In this document: positions 29,066 through 38,324 of the stretch, one piece after another
Layout of the letters: the number at the start of each line of letters is the position of its first letter
How positions within the stretch are numbered: the stretch's first letter is position 1
NCBI GenBank assembly: GCA_038046345.1
Contig: JBBSWJ010000011.1
Coordinates: 1 to 55,108, forward strand
Source of the DNA: Nanobdellota archaeon
GTDB lineage: Archaea; Nanobdellota; Nanobdellia; SCGC-AAA011-G17; JACPNG01
Direction of reading: 5' to 3'
DNA: 55,108 nt
The notes under the pieces: model-generated
The model's input: only the letters and a program-made list of their open reading frames with translations
Database searches by the model: none
Told to the model about the DNA's origin: nothing
Position numbers and translations under genes: made by a program

Positions 29066-32000
29066 ATGGACACCCAAGAACAAATAGAAAAATTTAGAGA
29101 ATTTTTTGAGGCATATCACAGTAATACCCTGTATAGATTGGCCCAGGAAGAAAAGGTTAGTATAAACATAGATTTTAATGACATAGCAAAATTCTGGCCA
29201 GAACTAAGCGAAGATTTATTGATTCACCCAGAAGATGCAACTAAAGCAGCAGAATTATCATTAGACGATCTAAACATCCCGCAAAAAAATCTAAGAGTAA
29301 GAATATTCAACTTACCAAAAACACAAGAAATACCAATAAGAAATATACGAAGCACACACTTGGGGAAATTCTACAGCTTTGATGGAATAGTAAGACAAAG
29401 TTCTGATGTAAGACCACAAGTAACAAATGCAAGATTTGAATGCCCAAGCTGTGGAAATGTTATATCAATATTACAACTAGACACAAAATTCAAAGAACCA
29501 ACAAGATGCACATGCGGAAGACGCGGGCAATTTAGATTATTAGACAAAGATTTAGTAGACGCACAAAGAATTGTCATAGAAGAATCACCAGAAAATCTTG
29601 AGGGCGGAGCACAACCAAAAAGACTTTCAGTATTTCTAAAAGAAGATTTAGTAGAACCAATAATGGAAAGGAGAACAACACCTGGAAGCAAGGTAAGAAT
29701 TACAGGCATTGTAAAAGAAATACCGATACAACTAAAAACTGGTGTGCAAAGCATAAGATACGACATAGCAGTAGATGCAAATCATGTAACACCTATAGAA
29801 CAAAGCTATGAAGACATAGAAATAAATGAAGAAGACAAAAAGAAAATACAGGAATTAGCACTAGACCCTGCGTTATATGACCGTATGATAAACTCTATCT
29901 GCCCAAGTGTATACGGGCATGAAGATATTAAAGAGGCATTAGTCTTACAATTAGTGGGCGGAGTAAAGAGAGAACGACCGGACAAAACAAGGTTACGGGG
30001 AGATGTGCACATATTGTTGGTAGGTGATCCTGGCGCGGCGAAATGTGTTCATGGAGAAACTAAGATCACATTAAATGACGGTTCAATAATAAAAGTAAAA
30101 GACCTAATTGAAAAAAATTTGATTAATCCACAAAAATGTGATGACGGTATTTTTAGTAAAACTAACATATCATTACCGGCTATGGGAGTTGATTGTAAAG
30201 GTTATAATGGTAAAAGCACATATGTATGGAAAAGAAAATCCACGGAATACCTGTATAAAATAGTAACTAATACTGGAAATGAAATAGTTGTAAGCCCAAC
30301 ACACCCGATGTTTGTAACGGAAAATAGTATTGTAACTTCTAGAAAAAGCGAAGATCTGAAAGAAAGAGACTTTATAGCCTGTCCAAGAAGTTTAAAACTT
30401 GATACAAAATTACAAAAAATAAACTTTGATATTGTAAGAACCACCGCACATAACGGTATCCATATAAACATACCAAAAATTTGTGATATTGAACTAGCCA
30501 GACTAATCGGGTATTTAATTTCAGATTCTTATGTGGCATTTACAAAAACTTCAGGAGAAGCAACTTTCACGAATAAAGATTATGATTTATTAGATGATTA
30601 TGACTATCTAGTTAGACGTTTAGGAGTAACACCCAAGTTTACAGGATCAAGAAACAGCATTAAAAGATTACGGGTTAACTCAATAGAGTTTCTAAGGTTC
30701 TTTAATAAAATAGAACCAACTTTACTTAAAAGATCTAAACACAAACAAATACCAGATATTATAAAAAAATCACCAAATTTTGTTGTTAAAGAATTTATCA
30801 AAAGTTATTACGATGCAGAATCCAATGTCCAAAACAATAAAAGAGAGATAAAAGTATCCTCTGCCAGCAAAGACCTTATTTATGACTTGAGAAGCTTATT
30901 ACTGAGATTTAATATCCTGTCACAAACACATAAAACTATTGGATGCGCTACAAACACCATCGCTAAAACAAGAAGGCCATATTGGACATTAATGATATCC
31001 GGAAAAGATATTGTAAAATATTCCAGCAAAATTGGATTTACATCAACAGCAAAGAAAAGAAAATTAGACTTGCTACTAAATAACAAATGTTATAACCCCG
31101 ATATAGATGTCATCCCAAATCTTTTTTATGTACTGAGAAAAATAAGAACAAAACTTAGACTAAAACAATCTGAATTGGGAGTGCCTAGAACCACATACCA
31201 ACATTATGAACGCGGTGATAGAAACCCTTCAAGAGGTTCATTAAGAAAAATTTTAGATACTGCGTATAAAAGAATCTCTTATTTGAATTATGTTTTAGCA
31301 AACCAAAAATTTTCAAGCCTAAAACAAGCAAGAGAAACATTATACCTAAGCCAATCTTCATTAGCTGAATCCGCCCAATGTTCGCAGACTTTGATCTCAC
31401 AATATGAACTAGGCGCTAACTCCATACAGCAAAACAGCATAATAGAATCTTTACAAAGTTTAGCTCAGACTATTATTTCAGATTACGAATTAAAAGCTTT
31501 ATTAATCAACTTACAATACTTAGCATATTCCTCAATTGTATGGGACAAAATTAAAACCATTAAAAAAATAAAATCTGATCAAGAATATGTTTATGATTTA
31601 ACTGTAGATAAAGTCCATAATTTTGTAGCCAATAATTTATACTGCCATAATTCAACAATGCTAACATTCATGGAGAAAGCAGCACCAAAAGCAAGATATG
31701 TTGCAGGAAGATCAACAACAAGTGCAGGAATTACTGCAGCAGTAGTGAAGGATGAATTCTTAAGAGGATGGGCATTAGAAGCCGGAGCAGTAGTGCTAGC
31801 AAATAAAGGACTTTTGTGTCTTGATGAAATGGACAAAATGACAACAGAAGATACATCAGCGTTACATGAATGCATGGCCCAGCAATCTTACCACCCAGAC
31901 ACAGAAATACTCTTGGCGGATGGTACTGTAAGAAAAATGGGGGTATTTATTGATAAAATTATAGAAGATAATTATAATTCTGTAAGAAAAATTGATGATT

Positions 32001-33286
32001 GCGAAGTTATTGGGGTAAATAATGTAGACATACTTACTACTGATTTCAAATCTATTTATCCAAAAAAAGCAGTTAGAATCAGCAGGCATAAAGCTCCAGA
32101 TAAATTTATTGAAATCACTTACTCAAATGGAAGGAAGATTGTTGTAACCCCAGAGCATCCAGTATTTGTCTATAATGAAGCTATTTCAAGTATACCAGCT
32201 GAAACAGTAAAAGCAGGAATGCTTGCCCCGTCACCACGAAAATTGCCAACACTACAAAAAGATCCCATGCTTATCATGCCAGAACTTACAAAATCAAGAA
32301 AGTCATATAAAAAAATAGAAAATATCCAAAGCAAGGTCAAAGACCTTAAAGAGTTCATATCTAACGACATAAGGTTCATTAAAGTTAGAAAGATACATGT
32401 AATAAAAAATAAAAATGTAAAATGGACTTATGACATCACAGTTGAACCAACCCACAATTTCATAAGCGAAGGACTTGTACTACACAATTCAATAACAATC
32501 TCAAAAGCAAACATTCAAGCAAAATTAATAGCTGAGACAAGTATATTGGCAGCAGCAAACCCAAAACTAGGCAGGTTTGATCCATATCAACCAATAGCAA
32601 ACCAAATAGCATTACCCCCCGCGTTAATTAATAGATTTGATTTAATCTTCCCAGTAAGAGATTTACCAAGCAAAGAAATGGATGAAAGAATAGCATTACA
32701 TATATTAGAACAAGACTTTAAAGGAAGAGAACCAGAAATACCATCAGAGTTTCTAAAGAAATATGTATCGTACGCAAAAAAAACAGTAAACCCCAAGTTA
32801 AGCAAACAAGCAATAAATGAAATAAAAAACTTCTATGTAAATCTAAGAAACACAAAAGGTAAAGGAGATGACGGAATAAAACCAATACCAATAAGCGCAC
32901 GACAGTTAGAGTCATTGATTAGGCTGGCAGAAGCATCAGCAAGATTACGATTGGCTGATATTGTAACAAAAGAAGATTCACAACGAGCAATTAAGCTAGT
33001 AACATACTGCTTAACCCAAGTTGGAATTGACCCAGAAACAGGAGAGATAGACATTGATAGAATTGCTACTGGGATAACAGCTAAGCAAAGAAATAGAATA
33101 AGTATCATAAGAGAAATCATAGATGAGCTTGAGAAAAAAATAGGCAAGTCAATACCAATAGAAGCAATTGTAACAAGCGCAACACAAAAGGGACTATCTG
33201 AAAGCCAGATAGAAGAGGTAATAGAAAGATTCAAAAGAGAAGGGCAGGTATTTGAACCAAAGAGGGGGCAGCTTTCAAAATTATAA
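29066..33286 (+). CDS. mcm: MCM replicative helicase with two inteins (669 aa after splicing)
   Basis: Zn finger CPSC/CTC, GDPGAAK|S Walker A, LDEMDKM Walker B, AAANPK, NRFDL, C-terminal wHTH. Confidence 0.97.
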   Translation: MDTQEQIEKFREFFEAYHSNTLYRLAQEEKVSINIDFNDIAKFWPELSEDLLIHPEDATKAAELSLDDLNIPQKNLRVRIFNLPKTQEIPIRNIRSTHLGKFYSFDGIVRQSSDVRPQVTNARFECPSCGNVISILQLDTKFKEPTRCTCGRRGQFRLLDKDLVDAQRIVIEESPENLEGGAQPKRLSVFLKEDLVEPIMERRTTPGSKVRITGIVKEIPIQLKTGVQSIRYDIAVDANHVTPIEQSYEDIEINEEDKKKIQELALDPALYDRMINSICPSVYGHEDIKEALVLQLVGGVKRERPDKTRLRGDVHILLVGDPGAAKCVHGETKITLNDGSIIKVKDLIEKNLINPQKCDDGIFSKTNISLPAMGVDCKGYNGKSTYVWKRKSTEYLYKIVTNTGNEIVVSPTHPMFVTENSIVTSRKSEDLKERDFIACPRSLKLDTKLQKINFDIVRTTAHNGIHINIPKICDIELARLIGYLISDSYVAFTKTSGEATFTNKDYDLLDDYDYLVRRLGVTPKFTGSRNSIKRLRVNSIEFLRFFNKIEPTLLKRSKHKQIPDIIKKSPNFVVKEFIKSYYDAESNVQNNKREIKVSSASKDLIYDLRSLLLRFNILSQTHKTIGCATNTIAKTRRPYWTLMISGKDIVKYSSKIGFTSTAKKRKLDLLLNNKCYNPDIDVIPNLFYVLRKIRTKLRLKQSELGVPRTTYQHYERGDRNPSRGSLRKILDTAYKRISYLNYVLANQKFSSLKQARETLYLSQSSLAESAQCSQTLISQYELGANSIQQNSIIESLQSLAQTIISDYELKALLINLQYLAYSSIVWDKIKTIKKIKSDQEYVYDLTVDKVHNFVANNLYCHNSTMLTFMEKAAPKARYVAGRSTTSAGITAAVVKDEFLRGWALEAGAVVLANKGLLCLDEMDKMTTEDTSALHECMAQQSYHPDTEILLADGTVRKMGVFIDKIIEDNYNSVRKIDDCEVIGVNNVDILTTDFKSIYPKKAVRISRHKAPDKFIEITYSNGRKIVVTPEHPVFVYNEAISSIPAETVKAGMLAPSPRKLPTLQKDPMLIMPELTKSRKSYKKIENIQSKVKDLKEFISNDIRFIKVRKIHVIKNKNVKWTYDITVEPTHNFISEGLVLHNSITISKANIQAKLIAETSILAAANPKLGRFDPYQPIANQIALPPALINRFDLIFPVRDLPSKEMDERIALHILEQDFKGREPEIPSEFLKKYVSYAKKTVNPKLSKQAINEIKNFYVNLRNTKGKGDDGIKPIPISARQLESLIRLAEASARLRLADIVTKEDSQRAIKLVTYCLTQVGIDPETGEIDIDRIATGITAKQRNRISIIREIIDELEKKIGKSIPIEAIVTSATQKGLSESQIEEVIERFKREGQVFEPKRGQLSKL
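30044..31651 (+). mobile_element. MCM intein 1 (536 aa) with LAGLIDADG homing endonuclease and two XRE-type HTH insertions
   Basis: Starts CVHGET after Walker A Lys, ends YCHN before Ser; LIGYLISD and FIKSYYDAES LAGLIDADG blocks. Confidence 0.93.
31886..32488 (+). mobile_element. MCM intein 2 (201 aa), Ser1 mini-intein without endonuclease
   Basis: Starts SYHPDT after HECMAQQ, block B VTPEHP, ends YDITVEPTHNFISEGLVLHN before Ser; no LAGLIDADG blocks. Confidence 0.9.
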
Positions 33287-33287
33287 G

Positions 33288-34010
33288 ATGGTACAAAAAA
33301 GGCAAACCGCATTTCATGTATGGATAAGCATGTTACATAATGGAAAATTTGTAAAACAGTTAGGCGAGTGGGAGCCCAGTTATATTGAATACAAGGGAAT
33401 GGTAATCGGCAGAGTAAACATAATCGCAAGTATAGTATTCAAGTATTCAGCAGATGATGGAACATATGTAGCGTTAACGATTGATGATGGAAGCGCAAGC
33501 ATAAGAGTAAAGGCATGGAGAGAAGACGCACAGAATATTATGAAGTTTAATGCAGGAGACTTAATACAATTCATAGGCAGAACAAGAGAGTATAATGGAG
33601 AGATATATTTGAGCCCGGAGATTATAGCGCATATAGATCCAAATCTAGAATTATTAAGAAAAAATGAGCTAATCAAAAAATATGGAATAATAAGACTACA
33701 AGAAAAACAGGATACACCACAAAGCAATTTAGCACAAAAACAACCAATGATCCAAGTAGTCACAACTAACTCAACTGATATGATAGAAGAAAGAATAGTG
33801 ACAGAGAAAATAATACCTTCCACAAACAACAGTGCGAGACAGATTATACTAAGCACAATTGAAAAAACCGCCGGAGAAGATGGAGCTCTTATTGAGAGTA
33901 TAATAAAACAAACAGGCTTACAAGAAGTAGAAGTAGAAGCAATAGTTCATGAGCTATTAAAAGAAGGAGAGATATATCAGCACAAACCAGGGCGAATAAA
34001 CATAATGTAA
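33288..34010 (+). CDS. OB-fold ssDNA-binding protein, RPA32-like, with C-terminal wHTH
   Basis: RVNIIASIV, TIDDGSASIRVKAW; C-terminal helix-turn-helix (ELLKEGEIY); ATG 33288 just after mcm stop. Confidence 0.85.
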   Translation: MVQKRQTAFHVWISMLHNGKFVKQLGEWEPSYIEYKGMVIGRVNIIASIVFKYSADDGTYVALTIDDGSASIRVKAWREDAQNIMKFNAGDLIQFIGRTREYNGEIYLSPEIIAHIDPNLELLRKNELIKKYGIIRLQEKQDTPQSNLAQKQPMIQVVTTNSTDMIEERIVTEKIIPSTNNSARQIILSTIEKTAGEDGALIESIIKQTGLQEVEVEAIVHELLKEGEIYQHKPGRINIM

Positions 34011-34073
34011 TATTTTATTTAAAAAATATCAATGATAAATAAGCTTAAAAAGTATAATACTTCAGATGAAATT

Positions 34074-34481
34074 ATGGACTACGAAAAAATGCTCAAAAGA
34101 GCTCAAGAACAACTACCTAAACAAACTAGTAGTGGAGAACGATTTGAAATACCAAAAGCAACAGGGCGAGTTGAAGGAAATAAAACAATAATAACTAATT
34201 TTAAAGAAATCACAGACCAACTAAGAAGAACCCCAGAATTAATAATCAAATATCTACAAAGAGAACTAGCAGCACCAGTAGCTATTGACGGGCCAAGGCT
34301 AGTTTTAAACCGAAAACTTCAAGCATCACTAGTCAATGCAAAAATAGAACAGTTTGCAAAAGATGCTGTAATATGCAAACAGTGCAGCAAGCCTGATACA
34401 ACACTCATAAAACAAGAGACTGTTACCATTATGATATGCTCAGCATGCGGTGCAAGAAATACCATAAAAGGTAAGATATGA
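34074..34481 (+). CDS. eif2b: Translation initiation factor aIF2-beta
   Basis: MDYEKML.RA, ERFEIP, NFKEITDQLRR, CKQCSKPDT..CSACGA. Confidence 0.95.
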   Translation: MDYEKMLKRAQEQLPKQTSSGERFEIPKATGRVEGNKTIITNFKEITDQLRRTPELIIKYLQRELAAPVAIDGPRLVLNRKLQASLVNAKIEQFAKDAVICKQCSKPDTTLIKQETVTIMICSACGARNTIKGKI

Positions 34482-34759
34482 TCATCAAAAAACATGAGAC
34501 AAGCGGTAGTTGTATCTTAGCTATTTGTGATAATCACCTTCTTGGCAAGACCATTAAAGAAGGCAATAAACAGATGGAAGTAAGTAAACAATTCTATGAA
34601 GGAAAAGAAACAAAAGAAGAAATACTGGCATCAATCAGAGACGGTACTATCTTTAATATTGTAGGGGATGAAAGTATTAAATTTGCGCTAAAGAATAATC
34701 TAATTACCAAGGACAACATAAAAAAAATTGGTGGAGTCCCATATGCTCAATCCTTCTGA
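34478..34759 (+). CDS. DUF424 family protein
   Basis: ILAICD..LLGK...EG.....VS..FY.G, N.VG.ESI..A, GVPYAQ. Confidence 0.85.
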   Translation: MIIKKHETSGSCILAICDNHLLGKTIKEGNKQMEVSKQFYEGKETKEEILASIRDGTIFNIVGDESIKFALKNNLITKDNIKKIGGVPYAQSF

Positions 34760-35078
34760 TGTTTACACAAAAGAAAGCAATTTTCAGGCAATACTCCAGT
34801 TAAGACCATTTAATCATGAAATTGACATGTTCATAAAAAAGCAGATAGCAAAAAGAAATGATTGTTTCATTAACAAAGAAGAAAAGAAAAAATACGGTAT
34901 TGATTATTATGTCAGCAACCAAAGATTTGCAAGAGCATTAGGAAAAAAATTAAAAGATACCTTCAAAGGTGAGTTGAAAAGCACCAGAAGTTTATTTTCA
35001 TTTGATAGACACCAAGGTAAAAGTGTGTACCGTGTTACTGTTTGCTTTAGACTGGCTGAAACTGGCAAACCTTTATAA
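34743..35078 (+). CDS. NMD3-related protein (C-terminal domain only)
   Basis: FQAILQLR, GIDYY, GKSVYRVTVCFRL; no N-terminal Zn fingers. Confidence 0.7.
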   Translation: MLNPSDVYTKESNFQAILQLRPFNHEIDMFIKKQIAKRNDCFINKEEKKKYGIDYYVSNQRFARALGKKLKDTFKGELKSTRSLFSFDRHQGKSVYRVTVCFRLAETGKPL

Positions 35079-35102
35079 AGTTACTTTCTAAAAAAATGAG
35101 AA

Positions 35103-35438
35103 ATGGTACAAGATACTCATGAAGGATTCCAAGAAGGAGAAGAATTCATAAGGGTAAGAACTCCAAAGGGCAAAGAAGTTTTAGGAATCCTTAATCAACG
35201 ATTAGGTGGCAGCAGGATGAAAGTAATATGCCTTGACAAAAAGACAAGAGTGTGCAGGATACCAGGCAGGCTAAAAAGAAGACTGTGGGTGAGAGAAGGA
35301 GACACATTACTCATAGAACCATGGGAGTTAGGGGGCGATGAAAAGGGAGATGTGGTCTACAAGTATAAACCAAACCAAGTTGAATGGCTTAAAAGAAGAG
35401 GGTATTTAAAAAATCTAGAGAATATAGAAGAATTCTAA
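35103..35438 (+). CDS. eif1a: Translation initiation factor aIF-1A
   Basis: LGGSRM.V.C.D...R.CRIPGRLKRRLWVREGD, KGDVVYKY. Confidence 0.96.
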   Translation: MVQDTHEGFQEGEEFIRVRTPKGKEVLGILNQRLGGSRMKVICLDKKTRVCRIPGRLKRRLWVREGDTLLIEPWELGGDEKGDVVYKYKPNQVEWLKRRGYLKNLENIEEF

Positions 35439-35981
35439 ATGGAAGATATAATAAAAATACCAAGAGATAGAATTGCAGTGCTAATAGGTACAAAAGGAAC
35501 AAAAAGAAGACAACTTGAGAGAATAACACAATGTAAAATTAGTGTGGACAGCCATGATGGAGATGTAACATTATCCGGTGACCCAGTAGATATTTACAAT
35601 ACAATACCTGTTATTAAAGCGATCTCAAGAGGATTTAACCCAGAGATAGCAGAAGAATTACTGAAAGAAGATATAATCTTACATATAGTTGACATGAAAG
35701 AATTCATCGGTAAGAATAAAAACGCAATAGCAAGAATAAGGAGCAGAATAATTGGCTCAAAAGGAAAATGCAGAAGAACAATTGAAGCAATGACCAACTG
35801 CAAGATTAGTATTTACGGAAAAAGTGTTGGAATCATAGGGGAATTAGAGATGGCCGAAATTGCAAAGGAAGCAGTAGAAAATATATTAAGAGGGTCTATA
35901 CATAGCAATGTTTATGCTTGGATTGACTCAAAAAAGAAAAAACTACTCAAAGATCATTATGAAAATAAAGAGAAACCCTGA
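35439..35981 (+). CDS. KH-domain pre-rRNA processing protein Dim2/Pno1
   Basis: RIAVLIGTKG, AISRGFNPE, RIIGSKGK, G..HSNVY. Confidence 0.92.
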   Translation: MEDIIKIPRDRIAVLIGTKGTKRRQLERITQCKISVDSHDGDVTLSGDPVDIYNTIPVIKAISRGFNPEIAEELLKEDIILHIVDMKEFIGKNKNAIARIRSRIIGSKGKCRRTIEAMTNCKISIYGKSVGIIGELEMAEIAKEAVENILRGSIHSNVYAWIDSKKKKLLKDHYENKEKP

Positions 35982-36672
35982 GTTCTCCCCCTTACCAGAC
36001 AGCTATATAGATTACATAAGTAAAAGATTTGACAACACAGAAAAAATACTGCATGAAACTTATGGTGTATTTAGGCTGGACATTAAAAAAAGAAAACGCC
36101 TGCTTAAATCATTAAAAAAAGGGATAGACATTCTTAAGGTACATGAAGAAATACTAAAAACCCATAGAAGCACAAAAGAAAGATTAAAAGATTATGAAAA
36201 GATTTATGAAGCTATAACTAAAGAAGCGGGAGAATTAGAAAGTGTTTTAGACATAAGCGCTGGGATAAATCCTGTAAGCTTGGTATACTCAAAACAACCA
36301 TCAGAGTACATAGCAACAGAGCTAGCACAAGATGATGTAAACTTCTTAAATAAATATTTTAAAATTATGAAAATCAATGGAATTGCCATACAAGCAGATC
36401 TATTAAACGTTAAAAAATTTCCTAAAACTAAAATATGTTTTTTATTTAAAGTATTAGACAATCTTGAAACTCTAAAAAGAAATGAAAGTAAAAATTTACT
36501 TAAAAAAATACCAGCAGAATATATAATAGTAAGCTTTCCAAAGATAACCATAAGCGGTAAAAAACTAAATACAAAAAGACTTATTTGGTTTAATAAAATT
36601 GTAAAAAGCAAAAAATTATTAGAAACAAAAAATGAAATATTTTTTATAATCAATAACAAAAAAGAACTTTGA
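35959..36672 (+). CDS. FmrO/ArmA/RmtB-family 16S rRNA (m7G1405) methyltransferase-like protein
   Basis: LKTHRSTKERL, VLDISAGINP, ADLL, FLFKVLDNLE, IIVSFPKITISGK in family order; ATG 35959. Confidence 0.75.
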   Translation: MKIKRNPEFSPLPDSYIDYISKRFDNTEKILHETYGVFRLDIKKRKRLLKSLKKGIDILKVHEEILKTHRSTKERLKDYEKIYEAITKEAGELESVLDISAGINPVSLVYSKQPSEYIATELAQDDVNFLNKYFKIMKINGIAIQADLLNVKKFPKTKICFLFKVLDNLETLKRNESKNLLKKIPAEYIIVSFPKITISGKKLNTKRLIWFNKIVKSKKLLETKNEIFFIINNKKEL

Positions 36673-36737
36673 GTTTTAAATTATAAAACAATGCATCACA
36701 CAAAAGTTTAAAAAGATACAACAAAAATTAGTATCAG

Positions 36738-38324
36738 ATGACTAAAACAAAAGCGGAAGAGATGGCTGCACTACAGCAAGAGATTAGCATCTCAGAATTC
36801 TTTACAAAAAACAGACACCTATTAGGATTTGATAACCCAAGAAAAGCACTTTTAATGGCTGTAAAAGAAGGCGTAGACAACTCGCTTGATGCATGCCAAG
36901 ACGCAGAAATCCTCCCCGAGATTTATGTAGAAATAAAAAAAATAAAAGAAGACAGATACAGCTTGGTAGTAGAAGACAATGGTCCTGGAATTGTTAAAGA
37001 ACAGATACCTAGAATATTTGGAAAACTATTATACGGAAGCAAGTTCCACAGACTACGCCAATCAATGGGGCAACAAGGTATAGGCATATCTGCAGCAGCA
37101 CTTTACGGTCAACTAACAACAGGAAAAAATTTTCATGTAATCTCAAAGATAGGAAAAAACAGACCAGCATATTACTATGAACTGCATATTGACACAAAAT
37201 TAAACGAACCAAAGATAGTTACTGAAAAAGAAGTGCCTTACATGAAAGATCAAGGTACAAGACTTGAATTTGAAATGGAAGCAAAATACCAAAAAGGAAA
37301 ACAAAGCGCTGACGAATACCTAAAAGAAATAGCGTTATCCAACCCACATGCTAAAATAACATTCAAAGATCCAGAAGGAACAGTAATAACATTTCCAAGA
37401 GCTGTTAACACTTTACCTAAAGAAGCAAAAGAGATTAAACCGCATCCCTATGGAATAGAACTTGGCATGCTTATAAGTATGTTACACTCTACAACAGCAA
37501 AAAGTCTGAGCACGTTTCTACAACAAGACTTCAGCAGAGTAAGTGCAAGTATAGCACAACAAATATGTGATAAAGCAGAAATAAACATGCACTCAAGACC
37601 AAATACAATTGTAAGAAACCAAGCAGAAAAGCTTTACGAAGCAATACAACAAACAAAAATAATGAGCCCACCAACTAATTGCTTAGTACCAATAGGAGCT
37701 GAAGCCTTAGAAAAAGGAATGAGAAAAGAAATTGATGCAGAATTTTATGCTACTGTTTCAAGACCACCATCAGTATACAGGGGTAATCCCTTTTCTATAG
37801 AAGTTGGGATAGCTTATGGAGGCAGTATTGATCCAGAAGGTTCTGTACAAGTAATTAGATTTGCCAATAGAGTGCCATTATTATATCAACAGGGAGCTGG
37901 AGCGATACAAAAAGCGATTATAGAAACAGCATGGAAAAATTATAACATTAGCCAAAGTAAAGGAAGTTTACCACAAGGTCCAATATTAATAATTGTAAGT
38001 ATGGTAAGTGTGTGGGTGCCATTTACATCAGAAGCTAAAGAAGCAATTGCAAGCTATGACGAAATTATTAAAGAAATGAAACTAGCACTGCAAGAAGCAG
38101 GAAGGAAGCTATCTACATACATCCGAAAGACTGTAAAAGCAAGAGAACAAAGAGAAAAGATTAACTTATTTGAAAAGTACATACCAGAAGTAGCTGAGGG
38201 GTTATCAATGATATCATCTGCTAAAAAAACTGATATAGAAGGATACCTAACCAAATTTTTAAAAAAGAACATAGGGGAGCTTATAAAAGGGCTAGAGGAT
38301 AATGACAACAAAGAAAAAGAGTGA
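36738..38324 (+). CDS. top6B: DNA topoisomerase VI subunit B
   Basis: SISEFF.KNRHLLGF, KEGVDNSLDA, EDNGPGI, GQQGIGIS, RFANRVPL. Confidence 0.97.
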   Translation: MTKTKAEEMAALQQEISISEFFTKNRHLLGFDNPRKALLMAVKEGVDNSLDACQDAEILPEIYVEIKKIKEDRYSLVVEDNGPGIVKEQIPRIFGKLLYGSKFHRLRQSMGQQGIGISAAALYGQLTTGKNFHVISKIGKNRPAYYYELHIDTKLNEPKIVTEKEVPYMKDQGTRLEFEMEAKYQKGKQSADEYLKEIALSNPHAKITFKDPEGTVITFPRAVNTLPKEAKEIKPHPYGIELGMLISMLHSTTAKSLSTFLQQDFSRVSASIAQQICDKAEINMHSRPNTIVRNQAEKLYEAIQQTKIMSPPTNCLVPIGAEALEKGMRKEIDAEFYATVSRPPSVYRGNPFSIEVGIAYGGSIDPEGSVQVIRFANRVPLLYQQGAGAIQKAIIETAWKNYNISQSKGSLPQGPILIIVSMVSVWVPFTSEAKEAIASYDEIIKEMKLALQEAGRKLSTYIRKTVKAREQREKINLFEKYIPEVAEGLSMISSAKKTDIEGYLTKFLKKNIGELIKGLEDNDNKEKE

